Of a stretch of DNA of 48,421 nt, positions 1-12,592 are shown piece by piece. Numbering within the stretch: the stretch's first letter is position 1; each line of letters starts with the position of its first letter. The translations under genes and the position numbers were made by a program. The notes under the pieces were generated by a model. The model was not told the DNA's origin and did not search any database. It saw nothing but the letters and a program-made list of their open reading frames with translations. This DNA is from Vezdaea acicularis (lineage: Eukaryota): the NCBI GenBank assembly GCA_026025075.1, contig JAPEUI010000121.1, positions 1 to 48,421 of the forward strand, read 5' to 3'.

Positions 1-86
1 ACAGGACTCCAAGATATGCTAACGACAATGCCTAAAGCAATCTCTAGAATGCGATAAGTAGCACCACCCCCTGTGCGTGTGCGCTA

Positions 87-969
87 CTACTTCTCAAATG
101 TCCCAGGGCCAATGACCAACACGACTACAAGGCTTGCGATAATCAGTGCTGCGGTTATGGCTGCTACCAGAGCAACGCTCCCCCTGCTGGCCGGGAACTT
201 CCCGCGAATGATCCAGTGCTGACTCTCAAAATATCGGTGAAATCCAATGAATAAGACGACGATTGAAATACCGAGAAAGGTGGCGCCCAGAGGTTTGCCC
301 ACGTGGCGCAGAGGATGATTCGATGGGGTTGTCGAAGGGTTCTTGGACGCAATCGTCGAATTGAGTCTGAACAGCTGGGTGATGGCTATGCCGATGCTCG
401 CAAAAGCGAGAGAGGTGCGAAGCCAGGCGAGGAAAGTACGCTCTGTAGAGCCAATGTCAGCGCTGGTTTCTCAAAGGGAGGGATGAACGAGTACCGAGAG
501 CGAGGTGATCCCTCGCAACGCTCCCTTTGTTGTCCAGCTCGACACTCCCATACTTCTCAATCACCTCTTTCCACCATCTGCTCCACCTTTTGCCTATCGC
601 CTTACTCTCGTCATCTCCTTCATCAGTGGCCGTCTCCCCTCTCTGCTCAAGCGTGCTATAATTCCTTGAACTATCTCCTCGTCCTCCTCCGATGATAGCT
701 GTGTTCTCATCGGCACTCGAGTCATGCACATCATCCCCCGAGGACCGAGCTGAAGCGCGCCGCCTTGACATCTTATTCAGGCTGGTGCGTGAGGCAGGTT
801 CGCTGAACGTAATGCTTCGGCGGTTGGGACTGTTTCCTTCGGGAGGAACGGCATAGATACCATCCACCGGAGGAGGAGTCTCTGAAGGCGAAGGCGTATG
901 CGGCGAAGAGGAGTGCGCAAGAGGACGTGATCGAGGAGACGGCGGAAGGGACGACTCAGGTGCGCTCAT
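87..969 (-). CDS. DUF202 (YidH/Vtc1-like) membrane protein, ~276 aa; exons 969-495, 442-87
   Basis: Removing intron 443-494 (GTAC..GCTGAC..CAG) joins GSVARDHLAL to ERTFLAWLRTSLAFASIGIAITQLF, the DUF202 signature. Three hydrophobic segments; disordered N-terminus. Confidence 0.9.
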
Positions 970-1655
970 GGCGGCGGCGGCAGCGGATGCCCTCTTCCCA
1001 GTGGCTTATATTGTGTGAAGAAGAGTACCATTGGCCGGAGAAAGGAAGAGCGAAAGAGTTACGCAAGGTCGTGCATGTACCTCTCGACCTGTACGTCGGA
1101 TCAATTGGACGAGTTCCCACCTGGCCGTACTCCGCACCGTCTTAGGCTTTAGCGGTACAAGCAGGCAAGGCCATGCTCCTTCGTGATCGCGGCTTCCGTT
1201 GACGTGATCCCGAGCAAGATCCGCTTGGCGTGGGCTGCCTTGCAGTCGCCGAACTGACATCTCTCCGGCCCGGTGGGGTTCTCGGAAGTGCAGATCGGCG
1301 GCCACAAGCGCTTGGCGAACAAAGCTCTAACGATCACTCTCATAGGTAACATTTATTCACACTCTCTATAGCTGGTCTGACAACGTTTGAGCTCTTGTAA
1401 TTTATGAGCTTTCTTGTATATATATACGCCTGCTTGCAGCCATGCTACTGCAACCCTCAAAAGGTGCTTCGAATAATTACATGGAATGCACGAACCCTTA
1501 TGCACCGACCCTTAAAATATCAACAAAAATGGACCTTTGGCCAACAAATGGGGCTAGACTCAGCCCTGTCGCGCTTAGACATATCTAAGGCGATAGAGTC
1601 TGAGATGAAATGTTTGTCAAGAATGTACAAGAAGAGTATGTTCTAGATCCAAATA

Positions 1656-3058
1656 TCAACAGTTCGAATAAGCGCCAAGTACCTCGAGGTACTGCCCGCC
1701 ATAGCCTTGGGGAAGCTTCACTTTTGTGTCGTAGCCGGGGCAGTCGGTCACGCCGAATGAACCCTGGGTTTCGCAATTGTTGAACTCGCAATCTGTGCCG
1801 AAGCAGTTCATATTGTAGTCGCACCATCTGGCAGTGCTCATACACTGAGGCATCAGCTGCCCGCCACTCTCTGATATGGTCGTGTTTCCGCCGTTGCAGG
1901 TTTTGGCGCCATCGAATAATGCTTGCGGAGTAGTCCAGTTGGCGAAGATTGTCTTCATCTCGCTATGGTAACTCTTGCCCATGTCGTCCCACTTGTTTAA
2001 GGAATACGTCGTATTTGTTTGACTCTCCCACCACATGGCGCCGCAAATGCCATCGGCATCCATCGGATTCTTGGCGATCACGTCGGTGTCTGTCGGAGAG
2101 CAGCCGTTCCACGGGGAGGCGCTGGTGACTACGACGTTATTGGCTTTCAAACATTCAGAGATGACGTATGTGTAAAGAGATGTCAGGATGCTGTTGCTTT
2201 CAATTTGTAGATCCTTCGGGCCTGCGCAGAACGCGCCAGTTGCAGCAAAAGCACTAAAAGCGGTGAAGTTTCCATTAATCGCAGGGATCGTACTCGAGAC
2301 GCTTTGCTGGAATGTATTGATGATGCTACCAAGACTCTGCTGGAGATTTGCCATTTGGGTGACCTGTGAATCTAGTGTACCTGTGGGAAGAAGCACTTTG
2401 GCTACCCAGGGCGCAACCTTCGTCGCCTCTACTATAGCATGTCCTATTGACTGTATTTCTTGACCCACGTTTGATGGTACTCGTAGGAAGACAAAGGCAG
2501 CTCCAAGGGCAGTGAGCAGATCTCTCAAGAAGATGTTGACTTTTTTCGGAGGATTCAGCAGCAGGACGATATTCCCGACACTTTCAGACGCCAGAGTGTT
2601 GGCGTTACCTAGAGCTGTCCAGTAGTTGTTAAAGTACTGATTGATTGCCTGAAGCAAGGTCAGCGACTCGTAGGGATATAAAATAACGGAGGAATCCCTA
2701 CGTAGATATTCCAGACTACATAATAATCTTGCACGCTTAACCCTTTATAGGCCGGAGGAGTACAAACGTTGTTCGCATTGATCGTGCAGTCTTGGCCGCT
2801 GATGTTTGCGTATTGCTGGAAGCATGTGGCAAAGGGAATGTTCCCACTCTGGCAATACTGCCCATTGTCGGTCCACCACTTATTGATGTAAGCGGTCATG
2901 TTGAGAGTGTCCCAGCATGCTGGAGTCACCCCAGTAGTTATATCAGAACAATTGGAAAACCGCCTGTGCAAGTATTGGCTTGCATCTGGTCTGAGAGGGG
3001 AGGCTGCGGCTAAAAGTAAGGAAGATAGCAAGAGCGCTACGCTGATAAAATGTCGCAT
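1656..3058 (-). CDS. Uncharacterised secreted Cys-rich protein, ~449 aa; exons 3058-2702, 2648-1656
   Basis: Signal peptide MRHFISVALLLSSLLLAAASP and a possible Kex2 site (HRR). Phase-0 intron 2649-2701 (GTAGGG..GCTGAC..CAG) joins the two ORFs. Many Cys and N-glycosylation sequons. Confidence 0.85.
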
Positions 3059-4501
3059 CTTTGCAAGAATCGCCTTCGCTCAGTCGACAGACCGATGCCA
3101 ACTTCACAGACGTCAAGAAAGCGGGCTGCCATGACACTATATACGAAACTGACGATGAACGAACAGACGAAAGGAGCGGATGCCGAGGCGTCCTTGCCTG
3201 CCATAGCTAATCTCGAGTTTCTATCATGCGATCGGGCATGATAGTTTCACCATGAGCCAGCTGAGCTCCCCAGCCAGACTGGAGCTGGGATAAGGGCGAC
3301 CTTGGATAGGTGAGCTATAAGACTTGGTCCGTGCTTCTGTAGCTGGCTGATGCGTATAACGTCTCAGGGCAGCAGTTAACCCGGCATGCCAAGCTTTGAC
3401 CGCAGAACAAACGTCTTCCCACGAAACGCGTGCCACTCGCGGGCCGCGACCCTATTAGCCCGGATTCGGGGAGGCGTACTTCACGATGGGTAGCCATGAG
3501 GTGAAGGACCAGTGGGATCGGTACCGCGTTTGCGTAGGCATGGGCTGAGCAACGAGTACAGACCTAGATCTGGAAATCTCCACGATCTAGGATAAACATT
3601 CCTCGTTCCGATGGGGCTCGGAGACTTTGCCAGCGCCCGCAACAGTGCACCCTCGTGAACTGGGTTGCAGTTTTCAAGTAAGGAATGTTTCGATGCTTGG
3701 GTGTAATCGTTGTGGCCTGTTCTGAGCTCTCTGGGGGCCACCCTCCTCGGAGTCCAGCCATGTACGCTCACGCTCGGCAGTCTTGTTCAACGTGCCGTCG
3801 CTTGACTTTCCCGAGTGAAAAGTTCCACAAAGGCGAGGGCTGGCCGTATTGGAGTGACATGAAACGAGCCACGATATCCTAAAGACGGTGGACACCCCAA
3901 ATTATTGGCGCGGCAGGATAAATGCAGTCCCACCTTCCTAGTGGCGTCATACCTCCACATGACTTAGCCAGCTACTTCGCGGGATCGAGACGGCACAAGT
4001 ATGTAATGAACGGTGGTGGTTAAAAAGACAGCCCGCCGCCGTTGGTAGTACGTATAGCTAAAACCTCGGAAGCACACGTTGGGCTCCCAACAGCTAGCGC
4101 AAACGACCTTGCTTCAGAAGAGGTTTGATTACGAAATAGCAAGCTTCAGGAAGAGACTGCTGTCTAAGCCTATCTGTGCAACACATTTCAGTCCGCACAT
4201 AACTCATAGCCACACGGTGCGTCTCGGCAAAGACACGGGTCTGTACGTATGACAGCGACCCACCAATGAAAAAAAGGACAACAATATTTTGATGGCAATA
4301 CAAATCTCCATACACATGCTACCGTAAGATTGATTGGGCCATATCTAGTCCTCCCTCCAAGAGCCTCTCGTGTTTGCGCATGACCGTCATCCTGGAGAGC
4401 ACTTGATAGTAGCTGCAAAGGGGGTTTAATAATCTCTAAACTCAACGCGCCTTATCAAGCTCACGATAGATGATAGGTATGCGATCATAATATGTGACGG
4501 C

Positions 4502-5944
4502 CTATGACCAGGAAATGCTATTTATAAGAGAATGATTAGTGTATGCCTCGTGGTGAATCAGTTATTGTAGGATGACCTCATGCACTTACACCAACATAAT
4601 GCCTGCGCCCACTGCCATAGCCACGAATTGCGTTGCAGTCTGTCTCAATTCTTTCATCTTGTCTTTGCCTGTTTCTAGTAACTCAGGTATGACGCTGACA
4701 GTTCCGACGTAGAGGAAGGTGCCAGCCGTCCAAGGCAACAAAAGGTCACCCCACTGTAAGCTAGTCCCTAACAGTCCCGAGACAGCACTCCGGTCTGCAT
4801 TGGCAGCTGCTGTAGCTGATGAACCGGCGTATTCTTGCACGAGAATACCTATCACCGTCCCCAAGAAGGCTCCGATCGCCGTGACGAACTGAGCGCCCAT
4901 TGCTGCGCGCTTTGAGAATCCAGATTGGATGAGCAGAGCAAAATCGCCTACCTCGTGCGGGATCTCGTGAAAGAAGACGGCGACAGTGGTGGTCGCCCCA
5001 ATCGTGGGCGAGGCGTAGAAGGACGAGGACATTGCAAGTCCATCGGTGATGTTATGCGTGAAGTCTGCTCTAAAAGCCAAGGACAGAGTGAGTATATGTC
5101 GCGCACGAGTTCCAGCTAGACGTACATTAGATTCAGATAACCACCTAGCTTGACGCTCGGATTGATCTCCTTGCTGTTTGCCTTCCCAGGGCTGGCTTGG
5201 CCACTCTGGCTCTTGCCCTTCTTCCTCTTTTTCGCACTCCCCTCTGAGCCGGCGCCGTTTGCTCCGCTGGCTAAAAGCGCCTTGTCTGCAATGTCTTCTT
5301 TCTCCTGAGCATGGCTGTGGTCATGGCCTCCTCCACCGCCCGTGGCTATCCTCAGACCTTTATCCATCGCCACAAACGTGACAAAGCCCACCATAATTGC
5401 AAGCCCTAACAGCAAGTTCTTGTTTGGTTCCACCATAACAAAACGAACATGCTCGGGGCTGTCTTCGCCGAGGAAGATCTCCGGCAAAAGATGGAACAAA
5501 GTATCGCCAAGTAGACCACCGACGGCGAATGCTACCATCACATTGAGGGACGATGGATTGATATTGGGGGGGCACAATGCCAGGAGGAAGTCTGAAAATA
5601 CAGTCAGCGACCAATATTCACTGAAGCATCCTTAGCCGTTGCTTACTGGGCGGTCCCGAGATGTAGAGGGTGCCAAGCAGGGCATTGACCGCGGGGCTCC
5701 CAGGAAACAGTACTGCAAACACTCTCGAAGTTATACTCGAGCTTTCTGGGTTTGAGGCAAGCTTCTTTTCGTTCAGTGCTTGCACCAGAGGGCATTCTTG
5801 CAGCTTATTCTCAATCTCAGGAGCAGTGAGCCGATCAAGGTCGGATGGCTTCTCAATCGCTTTCGCAGACGTTTCCGAAAGGAGAAGAACGACAAGCACC
5901 AGTAACAGGGTAAGATTTCGCCATGAGAAAGGTAGGAGATGCAT
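4502..5944 (-). CDS. YKE4: ZIP-family (LIV-1/KE4) zinc transporter, ~419 aa; exons 5944-5647, 5591-5126, 5069-4590, 4517-4502
   Basis: Motifs AFAVGGLLGDTLFHLLPE, His-rich GHDHSH, ADFTHNITDG and HEIPHEVGDFA. Three canonical introns; the 16-nt last exon gives MLVISWS-stop. Confidence 0.93.
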
Positions 5945-6436
5945 GGTGGTCTAGTTGATTCGTCAGTCCACCTGTGCGGCTCAGTCGCGTTCGGAGGATT
6001 GTCGCGATGCACGGGTGCAAACATGCTAAAATTTTGAGTCTGCAAACACCATGTGGAAACTTCGAGGGGTCGTTGGGAGGGTTGAAGAAAGCACATTATT
6101 TGCACGACGTAATTCAATCACGAAAGTCAAAAAGTTGGCACATTTCAATGACAGAAATTCCTATCGTTGTAGTATCCCCCATGAGATAAAACCAAGGTGC
6201 AATTCATCCCATTTGTTCATATACCCATCGTCCGTTCGCTTTTCTATCAAATGCAGAATATGTGCAGTCGTCATTCTCGTATAGGTCCTGACATAAGATA
6301 CCCAGAATCAACTGGTAAAGAAAGGAAGTCGAGCAGACGCACGCGTCTTGCCGCCAGGATCTACCGGTACTCTAACTAACAGTTGGCCCACCCGGTTTGC
6401 CCACAGAAAGCGAATTGGCTGCAATACATAATACCC

Positions 6437-8774
6437 TTAATGAGAGGAGCGGCGATGCATCGCGTGACGGATTCGCATAGAGCGCCTGCTGGAAGCATGC
6501 GTAGAGAAGGTCGTGAGACGAGCGGGTCCACCGCAGGTCTCGCTGCTGTCTCCATGGCACTTCATATTGCAGTCGCCGTCAGGAGCTTTGGTGCCTGTGA
6601 GGGACTGAGAGCAGAAGCATTGGCCGCCATTTTCGGTGCCGGCGGCCGTATACTTACGCTTGTCACACTCTGTTACACAAGCCTCGTTGGTCATAGAACC
6701 ACCAACGGTGACGAAGTTCGGGAAAGTACGCGGATTGAGAGTATCGACGTAGCAGCCTGATGCTTTCCAGCCCGAAGGAAACCCGGTGGTAGAATTGCCG
6801 GTTGAAGTGGTAGTAGATTGACTGGGAGACGCTGAGGTCGTCACGGATGTTGTACTCGGAGTCGTCGTGGAAGTCGAAAAATCTGCGACTGAAACAGCCT
6901 TTGAACTTGTCGGTTTCGGAGCTGTAGAGCTAGGCTTTGTAGAAGAGGCAGAGGGTGAACCACTCTGGGAGCCGCCCTGCGAGCCGCCTGATGATCCGCT
7001 TGGGTGACTACCTGACGACCCACTCGGGGTCCCGCCTGAGGACCCGCTCGGGGCACCGCCTGAAGAACCACCTGGAGAACCACCTGCAGGACCACTTGGA
7101 GCTGGCGCACCCTCAGACAATGTGCCCGAGCCACCCGAGCCACCCGAGCCACCCGTAACACCAGAGACAGCATTTGTACATGTGCCAGTGCACTTCTTGT
7201 AAAGGGAAAGGGCGCCGGCATCACCACAGTATTCTGTCTTGTCCCCACCGCACGGCATGCGGCAAGTACCCAGGATGGTCGGGTTTGGAGCCCGAGAAGG
7301 ATCGATAGAATTGGCGCAGTAGCATTCAGTGGAGTACTCCATCCCTGCGAGACTGTAGCCTTGCTTGCTGCAGAAGTCGATGCAGTTCTCGACCGTCATG
7401 TCTGCTTGGTTTGTGCTTGCGGCAGTCAAAGAACGAGAATTGTAGACATCGGTAGCACAGCCTTGATAGGCCCAGCCCTTGGATTGTGTGACATCCTTGA
7501 AGTAGGTTGCAGCGGGACCAATGGTAGCATTGGACGCGCAGTTGGTCTGTTTGACGGCCTCGGCTGGCCCAGCTTGAATCGGGTTGCATCCCGGAAGCTG
7601 GGGTAGCTCACCGAAGACCTTCTCGTTGACCTTCGGGGCAATGGCGCAATTCGACATCTCACTACCCGAGAAGGTGTTCGAGTTCAATAGTGGGCAGTCG
7701 GAGATGGACCCGCTGTTAGCCGTGCATTGGACGATGGCTTGTTGGAGGAAGTCAACATCCCAGCCATTCACCTTCCATAAGTTAGCTTGGAGCAAGGACT
7801 GAGAACATGCTGTGAAGATGACTTACAAAGTCTCCGTGCCATCCGTATCCAGTAGGGTCACCGCTTGAGAGGACGAATGGGAAGGGCTCATAGAATTCGT
7901 TGGCGAAGGCATTGATGTTCCAAGTGACCTCATAGAAGATTGAGATTAGATGCTTTGGATGAGAGGCTGGACATGGACCGCTATCGAAATTCTGGCCAGC
8001 GGGGTAGGATACATGAGACTTGTGATCCGGGGAATCCAGATTAACGCCGTCCCAGCACGAAGGGAAGTAGACTTGAGCGCGGAGGCCATTCGCACAGTTG
8101 CGAGTAGGGAACCCGTTAGTTTGGCCACCTATACATGCGAATTCTTGTTAGTCATGCTCTTGTATATTGCAGCCTAAGAGGGTTCAAGCCCGGGAAACAT
8201 GATAGGAGAAAACTTTTTCTTACCTCCATACAAACAAGCGAAGCTGATGGCGTTCCCGGCCAGGTCGTTTGAAGCAGATCGCTTCATCGGGTCACCAGCG
8301 ACCATTCGGAAGCCAGGCGGGAAAGCCAAGAGGTGACCACCTTGACCAGAAAGATCCTCGTTGTTCCCTGCACGTTGTCTGGAGAAGGGGGCAAAGTGTC
8401 AGCATATTCGAGGGGACCTATTCGGTCACCAGAGCTTACTCGTAGTAGATGGTGGCACCATTCTGCTCAACAGAGATGAAGCTACCATTCTTTGCCTTGT
8501 AATAGAGCGTAGGAACCCAGTAGTTTGAGAGGTCCTTGCTGATCATGCACGTGGAACAGGTCGAAGCACGAGCGGTATCGAAATTCATGGTGAAGTCGAA
8601 GCCATTGCCACCCATCACGGTGTGCACATGGCCAGAGACTTTGCCCGGATCAACGACTGGATCGGCACGCTCAACGACGACCGGTCCGTTGCATGGCATA
8701 CGCCAAAATGCAGCGGCCGGGGACGCGAGAGCGACGACGGTGCCCAAGGCAATCGAAGCAATGGAGGAACGCAT
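6437..8774 (-). CDS. Secreted DUF1996 + two WSC domain protein, ~708 aa; exons 8774-8440, 8378-8224, 8128-7827, 7771-6437
   Basis: Signal peptide then FWRMPC..RADPVVDPG..SGHVH..G (DUF1996 start), FPSCWDG and GWHGDF/VNGWD. Two WSC motifs (MTVENCIDFC..AGMEYSTECYC; MTNEACVTEC..AGTENGGQCFC). Arg/His-rich tail. Confidence 0.92.
6961..7154 (-). repeat. Coding Gly/Ser tandem repeats in the inter-WSC linker
   Basis: (GAGCCACCC)x3 at 7128-7154 on the plus strand, plus ~24-nt imperfect units encoding SSGGAPSG / SSGGTPSG / SSGSHPSG. Confidence 0.8.
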
Positions 8775-11700
8775 TGCGAATGACTTGGCTTGACTGGTGA
8801 GTGAAGGAGGGGGGGGGAAGTTTGCAATGAGTGATTGAGGTTTGGTGGGAGAGATCAACTCTCGGTTTTGTACTGGTGAAGGATTGACAGAGGTCCGATC
8901 AAGATCGGACAGAAGTGAAGGTAGAGACCGTAGTATCAGAAGCAAGAGAGCCGCGGACCCTGGTTGCACACTGATGGCAATTGAAAGAGAGTGAAGGATC
9001 GAAAGAGAGTGAGTGAAGAAACGAGAGAGTGTGGGTGTGGTGAGGGAGGACGAAGGGAAGAAGAGCGGACGAGGTGGAAGATCTTTTTGTGCGTGGTGCG
9101 TGGTGCAGGGTCCAGGAGTGAATGTGTGTTCAAGGTGGGTCTCCCGAATGCGGCCTAGCGCACCTTCCTTGAGCTTCGAAAAAGTCGGCGCCTTTGATAC
9201 GTGCTAGCAGGGGTGTGCATGTGGTGCCGGGGTGAAACGAGTTTAGCGCGCCACGGGCCCTGCTAGCTTCCTGCACGGTTCCTGCTAGATCCAGGAACAA
9301 TCGCCCACTTCGTCCGGCACGTCTGGTCTGGCGCGCTTTGTGCCTGGCGCGGGCTTGGGAAGCCGTGTGGGATTCACCCACTCGCCCCAATTCCTGCTCT
9401 CCGCCCGCCCCCGAGGGGCAACGCCCTAAGAGATAACGCTGACGTTTTTCGCTCAGCGACTGCCGCCCACCGCAAAACGGCAGGGATCGCCCAATGTGTA
9501 TCGCGGTGGCTGACCGGGGCGGGTTGGTCCCAGACGCCTGCGCGCTTCTGAGAGACTCCGTCACACCGGCGTTATTCTGCTGCTTTGCACCGTTCACCCC
9601 CCCAGCCGGGGATACAGGTTTTTCCCTGATGGAGTGTGCATGAATCCGAGCGAGGAGGCCCGCGACAGGTCCGGGCGACGCAGGAGGGGGAGGGGGGAGG
9701 GGGTGGGCCAAGCGGCAGCCGACCGTTGATGCGGCGATAAGCGATGCCCCTGGCGACAAAGCTTCTGCGGGTGGGCTCATTTATCCCACTGCACGGAACC
9801 GCCTGGTGCTCCCTGCCAGCGCTCTCCATGCGCCGGCGAGCAGAGCCCATGAGACAGCCCCAGTCCGGTCCCGATGCGCTGTGTCCGCTGTCTGATATCT
9901 ACCATCTGCCGTCTACTGTCCTGTCCTGTCCTGCTGCATGTCGAGCATGTCGCCGCTCACCCTGCAATCCTGGCCCGAGCGCGCGCGCTCCAGAACGTCG
10001 ACCAGCGATTCGGCGACGCAGTTTCTCCGGGCCCGTCAGCACCAGGTCAGGTCGGTGTTTGGTTGCGATGCAAAAGACAATGTTTCGACGGCACCCGATC
10101 AAGGAAACATTACGCGTTGTACGACAGGTTACAACAAGGAAAGGAAGGAAGGGGGGACGTGTCAATCCACACGCCCCTGCCTGCTTGGGACAGCACTCTC
10201 CGACGCAGGGCAGCTGACGTCTCCGTCGTGCCTGCCGAATCGATAGAGGGGCTCTTGTGCGATATGACAAGAGCATGTCGGCCGCAAGAACGGACCTCGA
10301 GGTCGTGCAGCGTCCATGAGCTGGACTCACCTGACTTATGGACGTTTTTCAACGTCTCTCTCCTGGTTTATTTCTATCGCCCAACGGCTAACATCCTTCT
10401 CTCGTCGTTGCTGATGGTCTGGCGTAACTCGGGGAGTGGTGGCGGGCCAAAGGTCAGTACCACCGGTCACCGTCCCGGAGGATGGCAGTGGTCTTGCGAG
10501 GCGCACTGATCAGGCCTAGGGGCCGCTGTCGGCAGATTCCAGCGGCTTGGTATCGATAAGGCACTTGGACGCGATAATGGATAATGGATGGTGGCCGGGG
10601 CCTGGCCCGTCCTGTGATGGACCTTGAAACCAAGCCGGTCTTTCGCTCGGGTGGCCAAGAGCGGCGGCCGTGGGCCTTTCGACGCGACTGCAAGAATGCC
10701 ACTCCTTCGACCAGCCATGCAGATGCACACTCTCGACGGCGACAGATCGCGGCCAAAAGAGAGCATCTGCTCGAGTGTGAATATGGTCGGCCAGAGCATG
10801 ACGCGGAGTGGACCGAATACCAGCGTTGCGCCGCACTGCCGCGCGCACCCAACTCGAGACCCCGGCGAAGCGCCGCTTTTGAGACCTGGCGGTTTCGCAG
10901 CCTGGCCCTCCGACCGAGCCGCACAATGCAACGGTCTTGGCACGGGCGCGTGACCTGACAGGTCTCCCGCCGCCCCTCGCCGGCCGAGGTCAGGAGCGTG
11001 ACGGCGCTGATGTTTGTGACGGCCTTGGTGGTGCAGGTGTGATGGGCGATATCGATGGCTGGCCGGCCGCGCGTGGAGAGGCGACAGCGCACACCGCACG
11101 CAGGGCGCAAACAAGTTCCGCCGCGGAATCCGTCGAGGGATCCGCCATGTGGGCCGGCGGGCAGCCACGGCGCATGTCGAAATTGCAAGGGGACCTGCAG
11201 ACGGACGGCCGCTGCTGCACCGGCGCAAACGGACATCGGAAGCGATTGATCGATGACGGCGGAGGCAGACGCAACACCGAGGGGGGCGAAAGGAGGCCGA
11301 CGGCATCGCACTTTTTTCCGCGTCGTTTGTTCTTTCGCGAAGAAAAAAGCTTGGCGGCTCGCGGCCGCGACTTTTTCCTTCCTGACCGCGACCGCACTGT
11401 TGCTTCTTCCTTCGAGGGACCTCCCTGACATCGCCGACTCCACCTGCCCCCCCCTGCCAGCCCCTCTGGACCTCACCGCCTGTCACCGTCTGTGCGCTGC
11501 CTTAGGAGCCATCGGAGACCTGGGAGACATCAGCGATCAGCTCGAGGGAATGCCGTTGAAGATCGCAGGACCCGCAAGGCCCAGAAACCCGTCAACCCGG
11601 TCTGAACGGCCGTCATAGCGTGCCCGTCCGTTGCATCGTCTGGTCCTGGGACCGTCACGTCTTTCTTCTATCAGACTTGACTCGGACACAGCTGGATCGG

Positions 11701-12592
11701 CCTCGTACCATCCGTACACCAGCTCCATCTCCACCTTCAGCCTCGGGCTTCGGAACATTCATGGAACTCTAATGTCTGATCGATCAGAGCATCTCTCACG
11801 GGCTTGCAGCTTCGATACTCGTCCGCTATGCCGCTGTTGCTGGTTACGGTCTCGATACCTTCGATAGGTAACTGGATACGATGACATGCAAACCTAAAGT
11901 CTGAACGGTAGTGTAGAGTGCTCGGACACATGAGCCATGTGCGGTCGTCGTAGGATGGCCATCCAGGTATCTGATGGACTTGGGAGGCCTTCGAAGCTTT
12001 GTATCTTCCGAGGACGACAACGCTCGGCGAATAGGATCTAGAATCTCCCCGCTTTAGCTTCTCCTCGCATGTCGACTGAGTTTACCATGATCTGGGGAAG
12101 CACTATCTTTGGTGGTCATCGATCTTGGCGTTCGCAGCACGGACGACATATCGCCGCGGCGGTGCATGCGGCGGCGGTGGCCACGCCGACCGCGGGGCCG
12201 TTAATCGGCCTCTGCACCTTCATGGCAAACTCGGAGCCGATGAACCATTGAGACAGAGCACGACGCCGTCATGTGGGGTCGAAGTCTTCCGATGACCTTC
12301 GGGACGATATAGTTTATAGAATTTTTTAACATCAAACGGTCGTCCCCTCCGTCGATCGTTACCGCATTCACTTGAGACGCATCCAGAGAAACCCCATCGG
12401 TGGGTGAGGTACCAGCGAAAGCCCAACCAAGGCAATCTAGCCCGACGAACCCTCGTGGAGCCGAATCCTTTTTCTTTAGCCTCGCGTGATCTTGTTCGAT
12501 ATCAGATACTCTTCTGATCGCGGAAGGCTTATTCTTGCCCCCATTCCACGCGCTCCTACTATCACTACTACTATCACGGCTACTGCCTCTTG

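Noticed and set aside
8181..8191. tRNA B-box-like GGTTCAAGCCC inside an intron
   Set aside because: No T-stem, A-box or cloverleaf.
9130..11618. Many overlapping 130-340 aa ORFs on both strands
   Set aside because: Arg/Ala/Pro-rich translations typical of stop-poor GC-rich DNA; mostly non-ATG starts; no domain or splice structure.
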